This document shows positions 38,618 to 48,950 of a stretch of DNA of 64,000 nucleotides, in pieces. How positions within the stretch are numbered: the first letter of the stretch is position 1; each line of letters opens with the position of its first letter. A model generated the notes under the pieces. That model was not told the origin of the DNA. It did no database searches and saw only the letters and a program-made list of their open reading frames with translations. Origin of the DNA: Deltaproteobacteria bacterium (lineage in GTDB: Bacteria; Myxococcota_A; Polyangia; Polyangiales; Houyiibacteriaceae); NCBI GenBank assembly GCA_034670305.1, contig JAXMNT010000019.1:1-64000 (forward strand), written 5' to 3'. The position numbers and the translations under genes were made by a program.

Positions 38618-40728
38618 ACGGATCGGCGCGCGTCCTCTGTCTTGCGATCGCGACCGGGCTGGCGGCCGCCGCCTTCGGCGTTCGGGCCAGCGGCGAAGCG
38701 CAGGAGGCCACGGCCGAACCACTCGAAACGGACCCGCTCGGAGCCGACCGAAGCAGCCCCGACCAAGAGGCGCCGGCGAAAGCGCCCCGGCCCACGCCCC
38801 GTCCACCGCCGACGCCGATCGACGAAGCCGCGATCGCGGCGCTCGCGGTGCCCGAACCCGGCGCGCCGGGCACCCCCCAGGAGCTGCGCGCGTGGGCGCT
38901 GGTGCGCGCCGATCATCTGATCGAAGCGCGGGAGGCGGCAGAGACCGCACTGCAAGCCGATGCCACCTCGTACATCGCGCACTTCGTCCTCGGCTACGTC
39001 TACCACTACGCCGAGGCGAGTTTTCCGCGGGCCCTCTACCACGAGCGCGAAGCACTCCGGTTGTTCGTACGCCGGCACGACAACCCACCGCGTGAGGCGT
39101 GGCGGTGGCATGCCCGCATCTTGCGTGAGATGGCCGCCACCCAGGGCGACCTCGAAAACCACCGCGAGCGCCTCGCACTGATCGAGGAGTACAACGTCCT
39201 CTACGATCCAGACGTCGTCGCGGAGACGGCGTGGGCGCTGATGAAACTCGGGCGCTTCGACGATGCGCGCAGCGCCGCCCGTGCCGGGATCGAGACCGGC
39301 GACCCACGCCAACTCGAGATCTCGCTGAACGCGTTGTGCGCCGTGGAGTTCGAGGCGGGCAACGACTCGGCGAGCTACGACGCCTGTCGGCGCGCGCTCG
39401 ACCACGCCCGTGTCACGCCCGGCGAACCAAATGCCGTCGACCTCACCAACTTCGCCGAAGCCGCGCGCGCCGCGTTCCGACTCGCCGAAGCGGAAGAGGT
39501 CTTGCTCGAAGCCACCCGCGCCCCACCCGCGTGGTACGTCAACCCCTGGCTCGAGCTCGCCGAACTCTACACCCGCGGGGCGCGTTTTCCGGAGGCACTC
39601 GACGCGCTGCGGCGGGTGAATCCGTACCGGGCCCAGCGCCCGCCCCACGTGCGCGATTCCGATCTCAACGAAGGCCGTCGTGCCCTCGCGGCGTTCTTCC
39701 TCGTGGTGGGCCGCGCGGCGGACGCACTCGAGATCACCGACAAGGCGCTCGTCGCGCCCGATCGGCGGGGACACAACAGCCGTGATCCCGCGCAGGACCG
39801 CGCCATCATCGCGTTGCTCGACCGACGCGCTCGGCGTGTCGTCGCAGAGACCACGATCGAGCAGAGCAGTGCCCTCGGATTCACCACCCGCGCCATGGCG
39901 CACGCGGAGGCGTGGCGTGGGCGGTTCGAAGGATGGATGAGTGGCCGACAAGCGGTGCGGTTGCTGGCGGAGGAGGACCGGTTGATCGGCACCTGCAAGC
40001 TCGGCACTTCGAGCAGCGCCGTCACCCCGCCGTGGTTGCTCGGAGAGTTGGTTCAGATCGCGGGGGCCGGTGTGATGCTCGAAGCCCTGCGCCGCGCAGA
40101 TCGCCAGGATGAACGAGAAGGCGCCGCCCCGTACTACGACGCGGTCGCTGCCGAAGCGGCTCTGGTCCGCGGCGACGAAGCCCGCGCGGAGGAGCTCGCC
40201 ACCCGGGCGCGGGAAGGATTTGGCCCTGGAGAGGCCCTGCTCCAGGCGCGAACCGACGCGGTGCGCGCGGTCGCGATGGCGGCACAGACGGGGGTCGAAT
40301 CGGCCCTCCCAGCCTTCGAACGTGCGCTCGCGAAGGACCCAGGCGTGTTTCGGAGGCTAGAAATCGCACTACCCATTCGGGTGAGAGTCGAGGGGGACGA
40401 CTCCACGCGGGACGTCGCGGATGCCCTCTCCCGCTCCCCTCGGTTCGATGTTGGAGACGTGGGTCTCGAGCTGTCGGTGCGCGGTTCGGCGGCGTCGGTG
40501 GAGGTCTGTTTGCAAGGGGGTTCGGGCAACGCGCTCGGGTGCGTGACCCAAACCCCTCGCACCGACGAACCACTTGATATCTTTGTACAATCTGCCGTCA
40601 ACGCATTCCACGAGGCCATCTTCGCCCCCCGGATCGACCTGAGCCAGGGGGACATCCACGGGCTCGACGGAAGCAACCGAGTGGGGCGTGACGCGTTGGA
40701 AGATCTGCTGGGTCCAGGGGCCCACTAG
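38614..40728 (+). CDS. Exported TPR-like alpha-solenoid protein
   Basis: Signal peptide; repeated helical TPR-like units; GTGA overlap with moxR. Confidence 0.7.
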   Translation: MNGSARVLCLAIATGLAAAAFGVRASGEAQEATAEPLETDPLGADRSSPDQEAPAKAPRPTPRPPPTPIDEAAIAALAVPEPGAPGTPQELRAWALVRADHLIEAREAAETALQADATSYIAHFVLGYVYHYAEASFPRALYHEREALRLFVRRHDNPPREAWRWHARILREMAATQGDLENHRERLALIEEYNVLYDPDVVAETAWALMKLGRFDDARSAARAGIETGDPRQLEISLNALCAVEFEAGNDSASYDACRRALDHARVTPGEPNAVDLTNFAEAARAAFRLAEAEEVLLEATRAPPAWYVNPWLELAELYTRGARFPEALDALRRVNPYRAQRPPHVRDSDLNEGRRALAAFFLVVGRAADALEITDKALVAPDRRGHNSRDPAQDRAIIALLDRRARRVVAETTIEQSSALGFTTRAMAHAEAWRGRFEGWMSGRQAVRLLAEEDRLIGTCKLGTSSSAVTPPWLLGELVQIAGAGVMLEALRRADRQDEREGAAPYYDAVAAEAALVRGDEARAEELATRAREGFGPGEALLQARTDAVRAVAMAAQTGVESALPAFERALAKDPGVFRRLEIALPIRVRVEGDDSTRDVADALSRSPRFDVGDVGLELSVRGSAASVEVCLQGGSGNALGCVTQTPRTDEPLDIFVQSAVNAFHEAIFAPRIDLSQGDIHGLDGSNRVGRDALEDLLGPGAH

Positions 40729-40854
40729 GACACTCTCCGGCACCTGTCCCCATCCGGGGGGTATACCACTTTGTTCTACCCCCAAGTCGGGCAGGCGCGG
40801 CCAATCGCCACGCCACCACTGGTTTTGGGGAGGCTTAGGGGTCAGTATGCAGAC

Positions 40855-41655
40855 ATGCCGAACGACAACTCATCCGCCGAGCTGGAACTTTCCGATGCTC
40901 CTGTTGAGACGTCGGGTGCTCAGACCAAGGACATCTCCGGGGTGCACGTCAGCTCCCGGCCGACATCCGCGGAGCAATGGCGGCTCCGTCTCACCGATCT
41001 CGGCGTGGATCTCGAAACCGACGTTGGAGAGCTCCTTCGGACCTTCGAACGGCTCGAGACCCGCAACCGCCTCCTCACCCGCCTCGTCGGGGCGTTTGGT
41101 GAGATCGTAGAACGCGTTCCACTCGGGTTGGGGATCGTCCTCAACCAAGAAATCTACGTGGCCAACACGCAGCTGAGGAACCTGCTGCACGACGACCCCG
41201 CCATCCATCGAGCACTCGAGGGCGGGCTGGAGGCCACCGACGCCCAGCTCGACCTCGAGCTTCAGGACGGCATCACCGACATCGCGCTCGGCCGCGTCGA
41301 ATACCTGTGTCTCTCGATCCCCCGCGACGGACTGCCGCCCCTCGGTGTCTGTCTCGTCGCGTGCGGCGACCAGATCGAGGGCGGAGGCGTCATCGTCGCG
41401 ATCGACGACGGCGTCCCGCGGGCGACCGACAAACTCGAGGCGTTCGAAACCCTTTACGATCTGACCCACGGCCAGGCCCGCGTCGCCGTGGAACTCGCGC
41501 TTGGCAAGAGCGCCCGACAGATCGCCGGCGAACTCGATCTCGGACTCGAGACGGTCCGCTCCCACATCAAGCACATCCTCGGCAAGCTCGGATGCAGCCG
41601 CCAGGTCGAAGTGGTCCGCCGCTTCGTGACCGGCCCCCTGCTCGTCCTCCGCTGA
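40855..41655 (+). CDS. LuxR-type HTH transcriptional regulator with PAS-like region
   Basis: LT.GQARVA..LA.G.S..QIA..L.L..ETVRSHIK.I..KLG..RQ.EVV. Confidence 0.85.
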   Translation: MPNDNSSAELELSDAPVETSGAQTKDISGVHVSSRPTSAEQWRLRLTDLGVDLETDVGELLRTFERLETRNRLLTRLVGAFGEIVERVPLGLGIVLNQEIYVANTQLRNLLHDDPAIHRALEGGLEATDAQLDLELQDGITDIALGRVEYLCLSIPRDGLPPLGVCLVACGDQIEGGGVIVAIDDGVPRATDKLEAFETLYDLTHGQARVAVELALGKSARQIAGELDLGLETVRSHIKHILGKLGCSRQVEVVRRFVTGPLLVLR

Positions 41656-41685
41656 GCACGAATCGACTCGACGGGTCCCGCGCCG

Positions 41686-43065
41686 CTACATCAGGAGCGG
41701 GACGACCCAGAGCACGTAGACGAGGGCGAGCGCGAGTTGCGCCATCGCGAAGACGAACGCGGCTTTGACGAACTGCATGAAGCCCATGCGCAGCTCGTAC
41801 TTGTGCATCAACGTGACCGCGACCACCGTGCTCGCCGAGCCGATCGGGGTGAGGTTGCCGCCCAGGTTGGCGCCAAAGATCACACTCCACCACAGACGCG
41901 GGTCGCTGAGCGGCTCCATGCCTTGAAGGATCTTCGCGAGCATCGCCGAGAGCGGGATGTTGTCCGTCACGGCGCTGAAGCCCGCAGCTGAGAGAAGCGT
42001 CGCACCGGTTCCAAGACCGTCCTGCACGTCGTTGAGCGCGATCACGTGCCCCAGCCCGACCCCGATGAGTTCCAGGACGTGCGCGTGCTCCATGACGTCG
42101 ATGATGATGAACAGAAACGCGAAGAAGAGGAGCAGGTCCCAGTCGAGCGCACGGTAGAACCGGTCGACGCTGCCTTTGTAACGAAGGAGCATCACGATGC
42201 CGAACGCCATCGCCACGAACCCCATGCCGAGCGGGTAGTCGAGCACGCTGGTCATCGCGATCGCCGCGATGAAGAGGACCAGCATGGATGCGGAGAACCA
42301 GAAGAACCCCACCGACTCGATGCCGTCGCGTTCGTCGAAGCTGCCCACCCGCGCTGCGGCCTCCGCCTTCTGCGTCGGATCCTTGAGACGCTTGATCCCG
42401 TAGATGCGCGCGCCGAGGGCCAGCGTCAGGAGGCTCGCGACCAGCACGTACGGCCCGGCCACGACGAAGAAACTGACGAAGCTGATCCCCGCGGCCTGTC
42501 CAACGATGATGTTCGGCACCGAACTGATCAGGGTGAGCAGACCGCCCACGTTGGTCAGCAGGCCTTCGATGAGGAGGAACCCGAGCAACCGCTCGCGCTG
42601 CTCGAGCTTCTCGAGGGACACCGCCGTGAGGGAGCCGACGATGATCATCGCGGTCACGTTGTTCAGCAGCGCGCTGAACAAGACGGTGAGCATGCCGTAC
42701 GCGAGCAGCAGCAGCATGGGATCGCCACGCGAGAGTTTGGTCAGCTTGATCGCGATGTAGGTGAAGAGCCCGCTCTTGCTGGTCACATCGACGAACAGAC
42801 TCGATCCGAGAATGATCGCGATGACCCCCCAGTCGATGCCGAGGATGTAGACCGGCATCTCGCGCGTTTCGCCGAACGCGTTCGTGATGTCGCCGAAGGG
42901 CAAGAGCCCGAACACGTGCCCGAACGCGAGCGCGATCACCGCGTAGAGGCCGGTGATGAGCGACTTTTTCGCGTGGATGCGTTCTTCGAACGCCAGGGTC
43001 ACCACCATGCCCAGCAGGATGGCGGCGAAAACGAGGGTCGTCGTGAGAGAGGGTTCGGGCGGCAA
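41686..43065 (-). CDS. ArsB/NhaD/SLC13-family (IT superfamily) permease
   Basis: SALLNNVT, NVGG.LT.I.S.PN, DNIP, GANLGGNLTPIGSAS; about 12 TM. Confidence 0.88.
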   Translation of the reverse strand: MPPEPSLTTTLVFAAILLGMVVTLAFEERIHAKKSLITGLYAVIALAFGHVFGLLPFGDITNAFGETREMPVYILGIDWGVIAIILGSSLFVDVTSKSGLFTYIAIKLTKLSRGDPMLLLLAYGMLTVLFSALLNNVTAMIIVGSLTAVSLEKLEQRERLLGFLLIEGLLTNVGGLLTLISSVPNIIVGQAAGISFVSFFVVAGPYVLVASLLTLALGARIYGIKRLKDPTQKAEAAARVGSFDERDGIESVGFFWFSASMLVLFIAAIAMTSVLDYPLGMGFVAMAFGIVMLLRYKGSVDRFYRALDWDLLLFFAFLFIIIDVMEHAHVLELIGVGLGHVIALNDVQDGLGTGATLLSAAGFSAVTDNIPLSAMLAKILQGMEPLSDPRLWWSVIFGANLGGNLTPIGSASTVVAVTLMHKYELRMGFMQFVKAAFVFAMAQLALALVYVLWVVPLLM

Positions 43066-43067
43066 CG

Positions 43068-43928
43068 TCAGACCATCAACAGCGGCGTGGTGACCAGCTC
43101 GACCGAAAGGGAGTACGCCACCCCGTGCAGGGCGATGCGGTCTTCCTCCAAGGTGGGGAAGATGACCAGGTCGACCTCGTGCGCATCGACGAGCGCCCGG
43201 TAGTCGGCCACGCGGTGCCCACTGAGGACGTGTTCGTGGATGGTCAACGGCGCAGCGATGGCTTCAAGGGCCGCCCGTGCAGAAGCGATGTACTCACGCG
43301 GCTCTTTCATCAGCAGCGCCTGGATCGTCTCTCGGGCAGTGTCCGTGTCGATCTCCGGGATCTTGGAGATCGCATCGATGTACCGGTCGAACACCTCGTC
43401 GTGCTCCATGTGGCACAGATGGAGCTCTCCCTGTTCTCGGGTGACGAGCGCGCCCCAGCTGACGAGTTCGTCGTCGCCCACGAGCGTGTCGTTGAGGACC
43501 ATGACGCTGTCGGTCTTGGAGTGTTGCCACTCGAGCGAGGGGTACGCGTGCGGGTTCGGGGTGACGACCACGGGGATCTCGGTGCCGCGGGTCAGCGCGC
43601 CGAGGTACACCCCGAGGCTGTACGCCCACTTCCATGCGTCGGAGTTCAAGTTCCGGTACGTGACGATCACATCGGGTCGTTCTTCTTCGACCAGACGCAG
43701 GAGCCCTTCGACCCCTTTCCACTGACCGTGCGGCGCGAACGACCACTCGGGCGACTCTCGTTCGGTGAGCGGTTCCAACAGCCCACGGCACGCCTGGACG
43801 TACGCCTCCTGCGCATCGGCCTCGAGATCACTCACGACCAACACCCGCTTGGCGCTCGGCGGGACATGAACGAAATTCTTCTTCCACCCGGACCGGAAGA
43901 CACTCTCGAACTCATCGACGTTCAGCAC
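43068..43928 (-). CDS. Hypothetical protein, possibly tandem universal-stress-protein-like
   Basis: Two repeats of a beta-alpha pattern ending IPVVV.P and TPLLMV; EEERPDVIV and DAHEVDLVI; 2 bp from the permease start. Confidence 0.6.
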   Translation of the reverse strand: MLNVDEFESVFRSGWKKNFVHVPPSAKRVLVVSDLEADAQEAYVQACRGLLEPLTERESPEWSFAPHGQWKGVEGLLRLVEEERPDVIVTYRNLNSDAWKWAYSLGVYLGALTRGTEIPVVVTPNPHAYPSLEWQHSKTDSVMVLNDTLVGDDELVSWGALVTREQGELHLCHMEHDEVFDRYIDAISKIPEIDTDTARETIQALLMKEPREYIASARAALEAIAAPLTIHEHVLSGHRVADYRALVDAHEVDLVIFPTLEEDRIALHGVAYSLSVELVTTPLLMV

Positions 43929-44008
43929 GGCGCAGAGTCTACACGCCCAGACGCCTGGTTCGGCACCACATCGCAACAGCGATCTGGACCGATCGTACGC
44001 CGCCAGAC

Positions 44009-44680
44009 TCAGCGGACCAGCAATTCGAACGACCATGGGCCACTGGGCTCCGACACGTCGCGACGAAACTCGAGGCGCAAGCGGCGGCGTACGTCGATCG
44101 ACCGCCCGAGGCCTCCGCCCTCCACTCCGGGAGGCAACGATTCGCCGAGGAACGAACACAACATGAGCGCATCGATGTGCCTGTCCTCATGCAGTGGCAC
44201 CGTGGTGCTCGGTCCGGCTTCCAGGGAGACGCGCGCGCTGCCTCGCCGCTGGCAGTCGCGCACGAGCTCGAGCGCCGAGAGCGACGCGAGCCGGCGCACC
44301 GCGACGTGTTCGGGCGCGGGGGGCAGCTGCGCGCCCTTTGAGGTCACCACCACCGGCCGTGCCCATCCGTGGAAGGCTGGATGCGCGAAATCGAGGCCAC
44401 GCCCCGAGGTCAGCACGCAGAGCTCGGGCGGCGGGCGGTCGCCGCGCATCGCCAAGAGCGCCTCCCTGCCCTCCCCCGCGGGCGTGTACTCGAGCTCCGG
44501 CTCCTCGCGCAGCACTTTGCCTGTCACGACGATCGCGTCGGCGATGGCGCGCGCGAAGTTGAGCGCGAAGAAGTCGTGCGGACTTCGAGGCGTGTCCGGA
44601 CCGATGCGCAGGGTGGTCAGCACCCCATCCGGACGGGGCCACACCGCGGTCACGTGGATGAGCCCACGCAGTTCGAGCAC
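44009..44680 (-). CDS. RibD-C/dihydrofolate-reductase-like protein
   Basis: ARAIADAIVVTGKVLREEP, VLTSG, VSLEAGPS, IDAL. Confidence 0.7.
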   Translation of the reverse strand: MLELRGLIHVTAVWPRPDGVLTTLRIGPDTPRSPHDFFALNFARAIADAIVVTGKVLREEPELEYTPAGEGREALLAMRGDRPPPELCVLTSGRGLDFAHPAFHGWARPVVVTSKGAQLPPAPEHVAVRRLASLSALELVRDCQRRGSARVSLEAGPSTTVPLHEDRHIDALMLCSFLGESLPPGVEGGGLGRSIDVRRRLRLEFRRDVSEPSGPWSFELLVR

Positions 44681-44758
44681 GGCGGGCCCAAACAGAGAAA
44701 CGGCGAACGACTTCGCGTCGTCCGCCGTACTCAGATCCGAGAGCTTCAGCAGAAGCTC

Positions 44759-46828
44759 TTACTCCGCGTGGATCGCGTAGCTGTTCTCGGCGCCCGAGTA
44801 GCCGTAGACGCGCACGAAGAACGGGCCGCCGTTGCCGAGGCGTTCTTCATCGGCCACCGAGGTGGAGCTGCCGAGGCGTCGGCCTTCGACATCGAACGCT
44901 TCCATGTCGAGATCGCCGGCTGCGTGGCTGAACACGATGACCGCTTCGCCGCCGTCCGGGAAGAAGTACCAGTCGTCGTCGCCGGCGCAGATGTTCGCGT
45001 TCATCGTGCCCACGACTTCGAGCGCGTGCTCGCGGTCGTCGTCCTGGCCGAAGCTGTCGCACGCATCGGGCGGGTCGACGGGATCGGTCGGGTCGGTCGG
45101 GTCGACCGGATCGGTCGGGTCGACGGCCACCGAACAGAAGTCCGTGACGACGCGGTCCGAGACGGTGTCTTCAGCAACGTCGCGCTGGGCGCAGGCTTCG
45201 TCTTCGCTCCAGGCGTTCCACTCGGCGCCGCGGCCGATGCTGCTCGCGTGGTTGGCCCAGCGGGCGAACCCATCGGTCTCGGAGCGGAAGACGCTCGGCG
45301 CCATGCACATGCCGGCCATCTCCGCTGCGGACTGCTCCACGGCAGCGAGGTCCATGATGATCTCGTACATGGCAGCGTTGCTCCGGTTCCAGCAGCAAGT
45401 GCGGGAGACTTCGTAGTCGAGCTCCGCGAAGACGTAGTCTTCGAGGCGGCGGTACTCGTCGTCGGTCCGCGCCTGGTCCCAGCCGTTGATGTCGGCGGTC
45501 AGCGGGTAGAGACGGGCGAAGGCGTCCTCGCGGCGGATGCGGGCGGCGCACGAGGCCGGGTAGCTGCGCAGGTGGATGCGGGCGGCTTCGACCTGCTCGA
45601 GCGCGACTTCGATCTGCTCTTCCGGCGGCACGTCCGCGAGCACGGTGCGGAACTCGTTCGGGCGGGCGGCGATCGCAGCGGTGTCGCCCGGGTCGATGTA
45701 GTCGTCCTGGTCCGCGGCAGCGACCATGTTGCGCCAGCGGCCGCTCACGCGGGTGGCACTGCGCCAGCGGTGGATGCCGCCACCGAGCTCGGCGTAGGGG
45801 GTGCCATCGCTGGCGTTGCCTTCGCCGCCGGCGGCCGCAAGCGTGAAGCTGTGCTTGGCGCTGGCCGGGTCTTCCCACACCGGCTGACGGCGGGGCATCG
45901 AGCCGCTCGCGACGGTCACTTGGAGGCGCCCGGGGACGAGCTCGTCGACGCGCATCACTGGGATGGTGTGGCCGATGCCGCGGCGCTGCCATCGCTCGAG
46001 CAGCACGTCGCCGGCCGAGGTGGCCGTCGACTTGATGTGGAACATGTTGGCTTCGTCGGCGAGGTTGGCGCTGCCGAAGTAGAGGAGGATGAGGCGCGCG
46101 AAGTAGCCGACGCGCTTGTTCAAGAAGAGCTCGTCGAAGTACGCGCCCGCGCCCGCGCCCGGCTCGAGGAACGCGTTCTCGTCGTCGTCGCCGAGGTGGT
46201 ATCCGCGGAGGCGGCTGTCGGTGGGCCACTCGTCACCGGCCGACCAGCGGCCGCGGTAGTCTTCGTAGCGTGTGCGGAAGCTCGGGAAGCGGCCGATGTT
46301 GTTGCCCTCGGAGTCCACGAAACCGAAGTGGCCCGCGTACATCGACTGGCGGGTCGAGGCGTCCCAGCCCTGAAGGTAGAAGGGCAGCTCGTACCAAGCG
46401 GCGAAGGTGACGCGGAGCAACATCGCCACTTCGGCGCATTCGAGGCGCGGAGAGTCCAGCACTCGGTCGCCGTAGGGCGTCGGGACGCGGAAGGTCTCGC
46501 CGTGGCCGGTGGCGCGCGGGGCGCGCTCGAAGCTCGCGACCCAGGCGTCGAACTTCTGCTCCCAGGTGAGTCCGGAGTCGGCGCCCCAGGCCACACCGGC
46601 GGCGGCGTCGGTCGCGTCCCACTCGCGGGTGGCCGCCCAGACCTCGGTCGACGATCCGTCACGAACCCGAGGACCCCGGTCGCCATCCAGGTCGAACTTG
46701 GTGTCTTCGATGATGTCGAAGGGGCCTTCCACGCCGGTCTCGTCGAACGCTTCGTCGAGCAGCGAGCCGCTGTCGGCGGCGCAAGCACCGGAGAGGACCA
46801 GAATCAGACTGAGGGTCGAACGTCGCAT
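44759..46828 (-). CDS. Lipoprotein with putative Cys-His catalytic domain and C-terminal PPC domain
   Basis: Lipobox SGAC; LECAE...FA.W..LPF; GHTI.V; (DPT/DPV)n linker; IC.GDDDWY...GDLDM...VRVYGY. Confidence 0.7.
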   Translation of the reverse strand: MRRSTLSLILVLSGACAADSGSLLDEAFDETGVEGPFDIIEDTKFDLDGDRGPRVRDGSSTEVWAATREWDATDAAAGVAWGADSGLTWEQKFDAWVASFERAPRATGHGETFRVPTPYGDRVLDSPRLECAEVAMLLRVTFAAWYELPFYLQGWDASTRQSMYAGHFGFVDSEGNNIGRFPSFRTRYEDYRGRWSAGDEWPTDSRLRGYHLGDDDENAFLEPGAGAGAYFDELFLNKRVGYFARLILLYFGSANLADEANMFHIKSTATSAGDVLLERWQRRGIGHTIPVMRVDELVPGRLQVTVASGSMPRRQPVWEDPASAKHSFTLAAAGGEGNASDGTPYAELGGGIHRWRSATRVSGRWRNMVAAADQDDYIDPGDTAAIAARPNEFRTVLADVPPEEQIEVALEQVEAARIHLRSYPASCAARIRREDAFARLYPLTADINGWDQARTDDEYRRLEDYVFAELDYEVSRTCCWNRSNAAMYEIIMDLAAVEQSAAEMAGMCMAPSVFRSETDGFARWANHASSIGRGAEWNAWSEDEACAQRDVAEDTVSDRVVTDFCSVAVDPTDPVDPTDPTDPVDPPDACDSFGQDDDREHALEVVGTMNANICAGDDDWYFFPDGGEAVIVFSHAAGDLDMEAFDVEGRRLGSSTSVADEERLGNGGPFFVRVYGYSGAENSYAIHAE

Positions 46829-46840
46829 GCCAGTCGTTAG

Positions 46841-46857
46841 AGCAGTTCTCATGCCAA
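46841..46857 (-). promoter_or_regulatory. Putative sigma54 -24/-12 promoter
   Basis: Minus strand TTGGCATGAGAACTGCT, GG-N10-GC, close to consensus TGGCACG-N4-TTGCW. Confidence 0.6.
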
Positions 46858-46988
46858 CGAGTATCGCCTGTTTCCGTCGGGGTTTCTAGCCCTCGATCGG
46901 CCAGGTGGCCAGTACAGGTGGCCAGTGCGGCCGCCGATCCCGACAAGCCATGGAGACCAATGTCCCCACGCCCTATTCACCCGAGACT

Positions 46989-48569
46989 TCAGGGTTTGGG
47001 CGCGAGGGACCCAGCCCGCCGTCGGCGGATCTCGGGGTGCCCGAGCACGAACATCAGCCCGACGAACCCCACGGTGAGCCCCAGCCCCACGCCGACGCGC
47101 ATGCCGAGGTCGAACCGAAACGCGGGGTCCCAGAGAAACGCGAAGGCGACCGCCATCGCGGCGAGTGCGAGCCATGGCTGCCAGACTGCCTGAAGCCGAA
47201 CAACGACCCCCTCCAGTTTCCAGAGCTCGACCACCTGGAGCAGGATGACGAGCGAAGCGCTGGTTGCGGTCGCGATGGCCGCGCCCATGAGTCCGAACCG
47301 CGGGATGAGCCACAGGTTCAGCCCGGTGTTCAGGAACGCGACGAGCAAACTGTTCGCCAGGTTCCAGCGGCTGTGTCCCGTGTAGGCGACAAAGTTGCCT
47401 GCCAACCCAAGCAGACAACTCATGAGTGGCGCGACCACCAGCACCACAACGAACGCGCTCTGCCCTCCGGCGTAGCGTTCGTCGATGAGTCCCATCAAGT
47501 CGTCGCGCAGCACGACGAACGGAATGACGATCGAGATCGCCAAGGTCGCGGTCCACCGCGAGACCTTGCTCAAGAGCGCCGTGAGATCGGTGGCCTCGCC
47601 CCGCTGGTGGTGGCGCGCGACCAATGGCGCGAGCGCGGTGCTGAACACGATCCGGACCTGCTGGAGGTTGCTGGTCAGAAATGCGGCGGTCGCATACCAG
47701 CCGAGCAGCGCGGGATCGAACCCGAACGCCGCGAGCATGATGGTGTCGAGCCGCGTGATGTAGAGCGAGAAGGTGTGGTTGAGCCCCTGCGGAATCGCGA
47801 ACGCGATCATGCCGCGGTCTAGGCCAGGGCGAAGCGCGGTGCGCACGACCTCGCGCGCGTCGAACAGACGCTTCAACGGGATGCAGGCGAAGAGCGCGAG
47901 CCCCACCATCGCCACCGCGTAGCTCACGAACAGACCGGTGAGCCCCGTGTCCATCGCCCAGGCCACGACGCCGGCCACGAACAGGAGGGTGGGCCGCAAG
48001 CCGTTCAGCAGCGCATCCCACTCCATCGCCATGTGCGCTTTGGCGGCGGAGGTCACCACCTGCGCGAACGCCATCGGCACGAGCGCCCACGCCACTGCGT
48101 ACACGCCGGGCAAGAGCGCGCCGTACTCGGGGAACACCGCACCGATGAGGGCCGCGCCGCCGAGTTGCACCAACCCCGCGAGGATCAGCGCGAGCCAGAC
48201 CGCGTAGCCGAGCGCCCGACCGACGACCTGGTTCATCGGCGCCCGGGAGCCGCCTTGCTCCGCGGCTTCGGCGTGCGGGCTCGCGAACAGGGTGGCCGCA
48301 TCCATCCAGCCGGTCGCGACGAGACTGGAACCGATCTCCGCGACGGTGAGACCGAGCAAGTACGTCCCCATGACCTCCGCGCCGAACAGCTTCGTGAAGA
48401 CCACGATGAGGAGCGGGTAGACGAGTTTGCCCGCGAGCCCCGCCGCGTTGACCAGCGTGCCGCGCGCGAGCTGCTTCTCGTACTTCGCCCGCCGCTCCGT
48501 CGACTCGTGGTGCGTCTCGTCCGGCGCCGAGTCGGGTGCTGGCGCGTCCTCGTCGGTGGGCTCGGTCAT
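46989..48569 (-). CDS. Oligosaccharide flippase / polysaccharide biosynthesis (Wzx/MATE-like) protein
   Basis: LARGT..N, TKLFGAE.MG.Y, RLDTIML, GWYA.A, LN.WLIPRFGLMGAAIAT; about 14 TM. Confidence 0.85.
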   Translation of the reverse strand: MTEPTDEDAPAPDSAPDETHHESTERRAKYEKQLARGTLVNAAGLAGKLVYPLLIVVFTKLFGAEVMGTYLLGLTVAEIGSSLVATGWMDAATLFASPHAEAAEQGGSRAPMNQVVGRALGYAVWLALILAGLVQLGGAALIGAVFPEYGALLPGVYAVAWALVPMAFAQVVTSAAKAHMAMEWDALLNGLRPTLLFVAGVVAWAMDTGLTGLFVSYAVAMVGLALFACIPLKRLFDAREVVRTALRPGLDRGMIAFAIPQGLNHTFSLYITRLDTIMLAAFGFDPALLGWYATAAFLTSNLQQVRIVFSTALAPLVARHHQRGEATDLTALLSKVSRWTATLAISIVIPFVVLRDDLMGLIDERYAGGQSAFVVVLVVAPLMSCLLGLAGNFVAYTGHSRWNLANSLLVAFLNTGLNLWLIPRFGLMGAAIATATSASLVILLQVVELWKLEGVVVRLQAVWQPWLALAAMAVAFAFLWDPAFRFDLGMRVGVGLGLTVGFVGLMFVLGHPEIRRRRAGSLAPKP

Positions 48570-48644
48570 CGGTCGCGCGGAAGCCCGCTCCGGCCCCACC
48601 CCTGCCGCGTAGCACGACGCCGCAAACGAAGGTACCGGCCACGC

Positions 48645-48822
48645 CATCGGCATCGGCGTCGGCATCGGCATCGGCTTCGGCGTCGGCATCGGCTTCGGCA
48701 TCGGCATCGGCTTCGGCTTCGGCATCGGCATCGGCGTCGGCTTCGGCGTCGGCATCGGCATCGGCCTCGGCCTCGGCCTCGGCTTCGGCTGCGGCATCGG
48801 CATCCGCGTCGGATTCGGCTTC
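48645..48822. repeat. Hexamer tract (GGCATC/GGCTTC/GGCGTC)n between divergent genes
   Basis: About 29 units. Confidence 0.9.
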
Positions 48823-48950
48823 TCGCCACGGGAGCGGCGAGATGAGGCAGACTGTCGCCCACCCGGCGCCCCTGGTCGGGCACACGCCCAATGTCTGCAC
48901 CGTTCACTCGACGCGCTCTCTCTCTGCGACGTCCACCTGCCGGAACCGCC

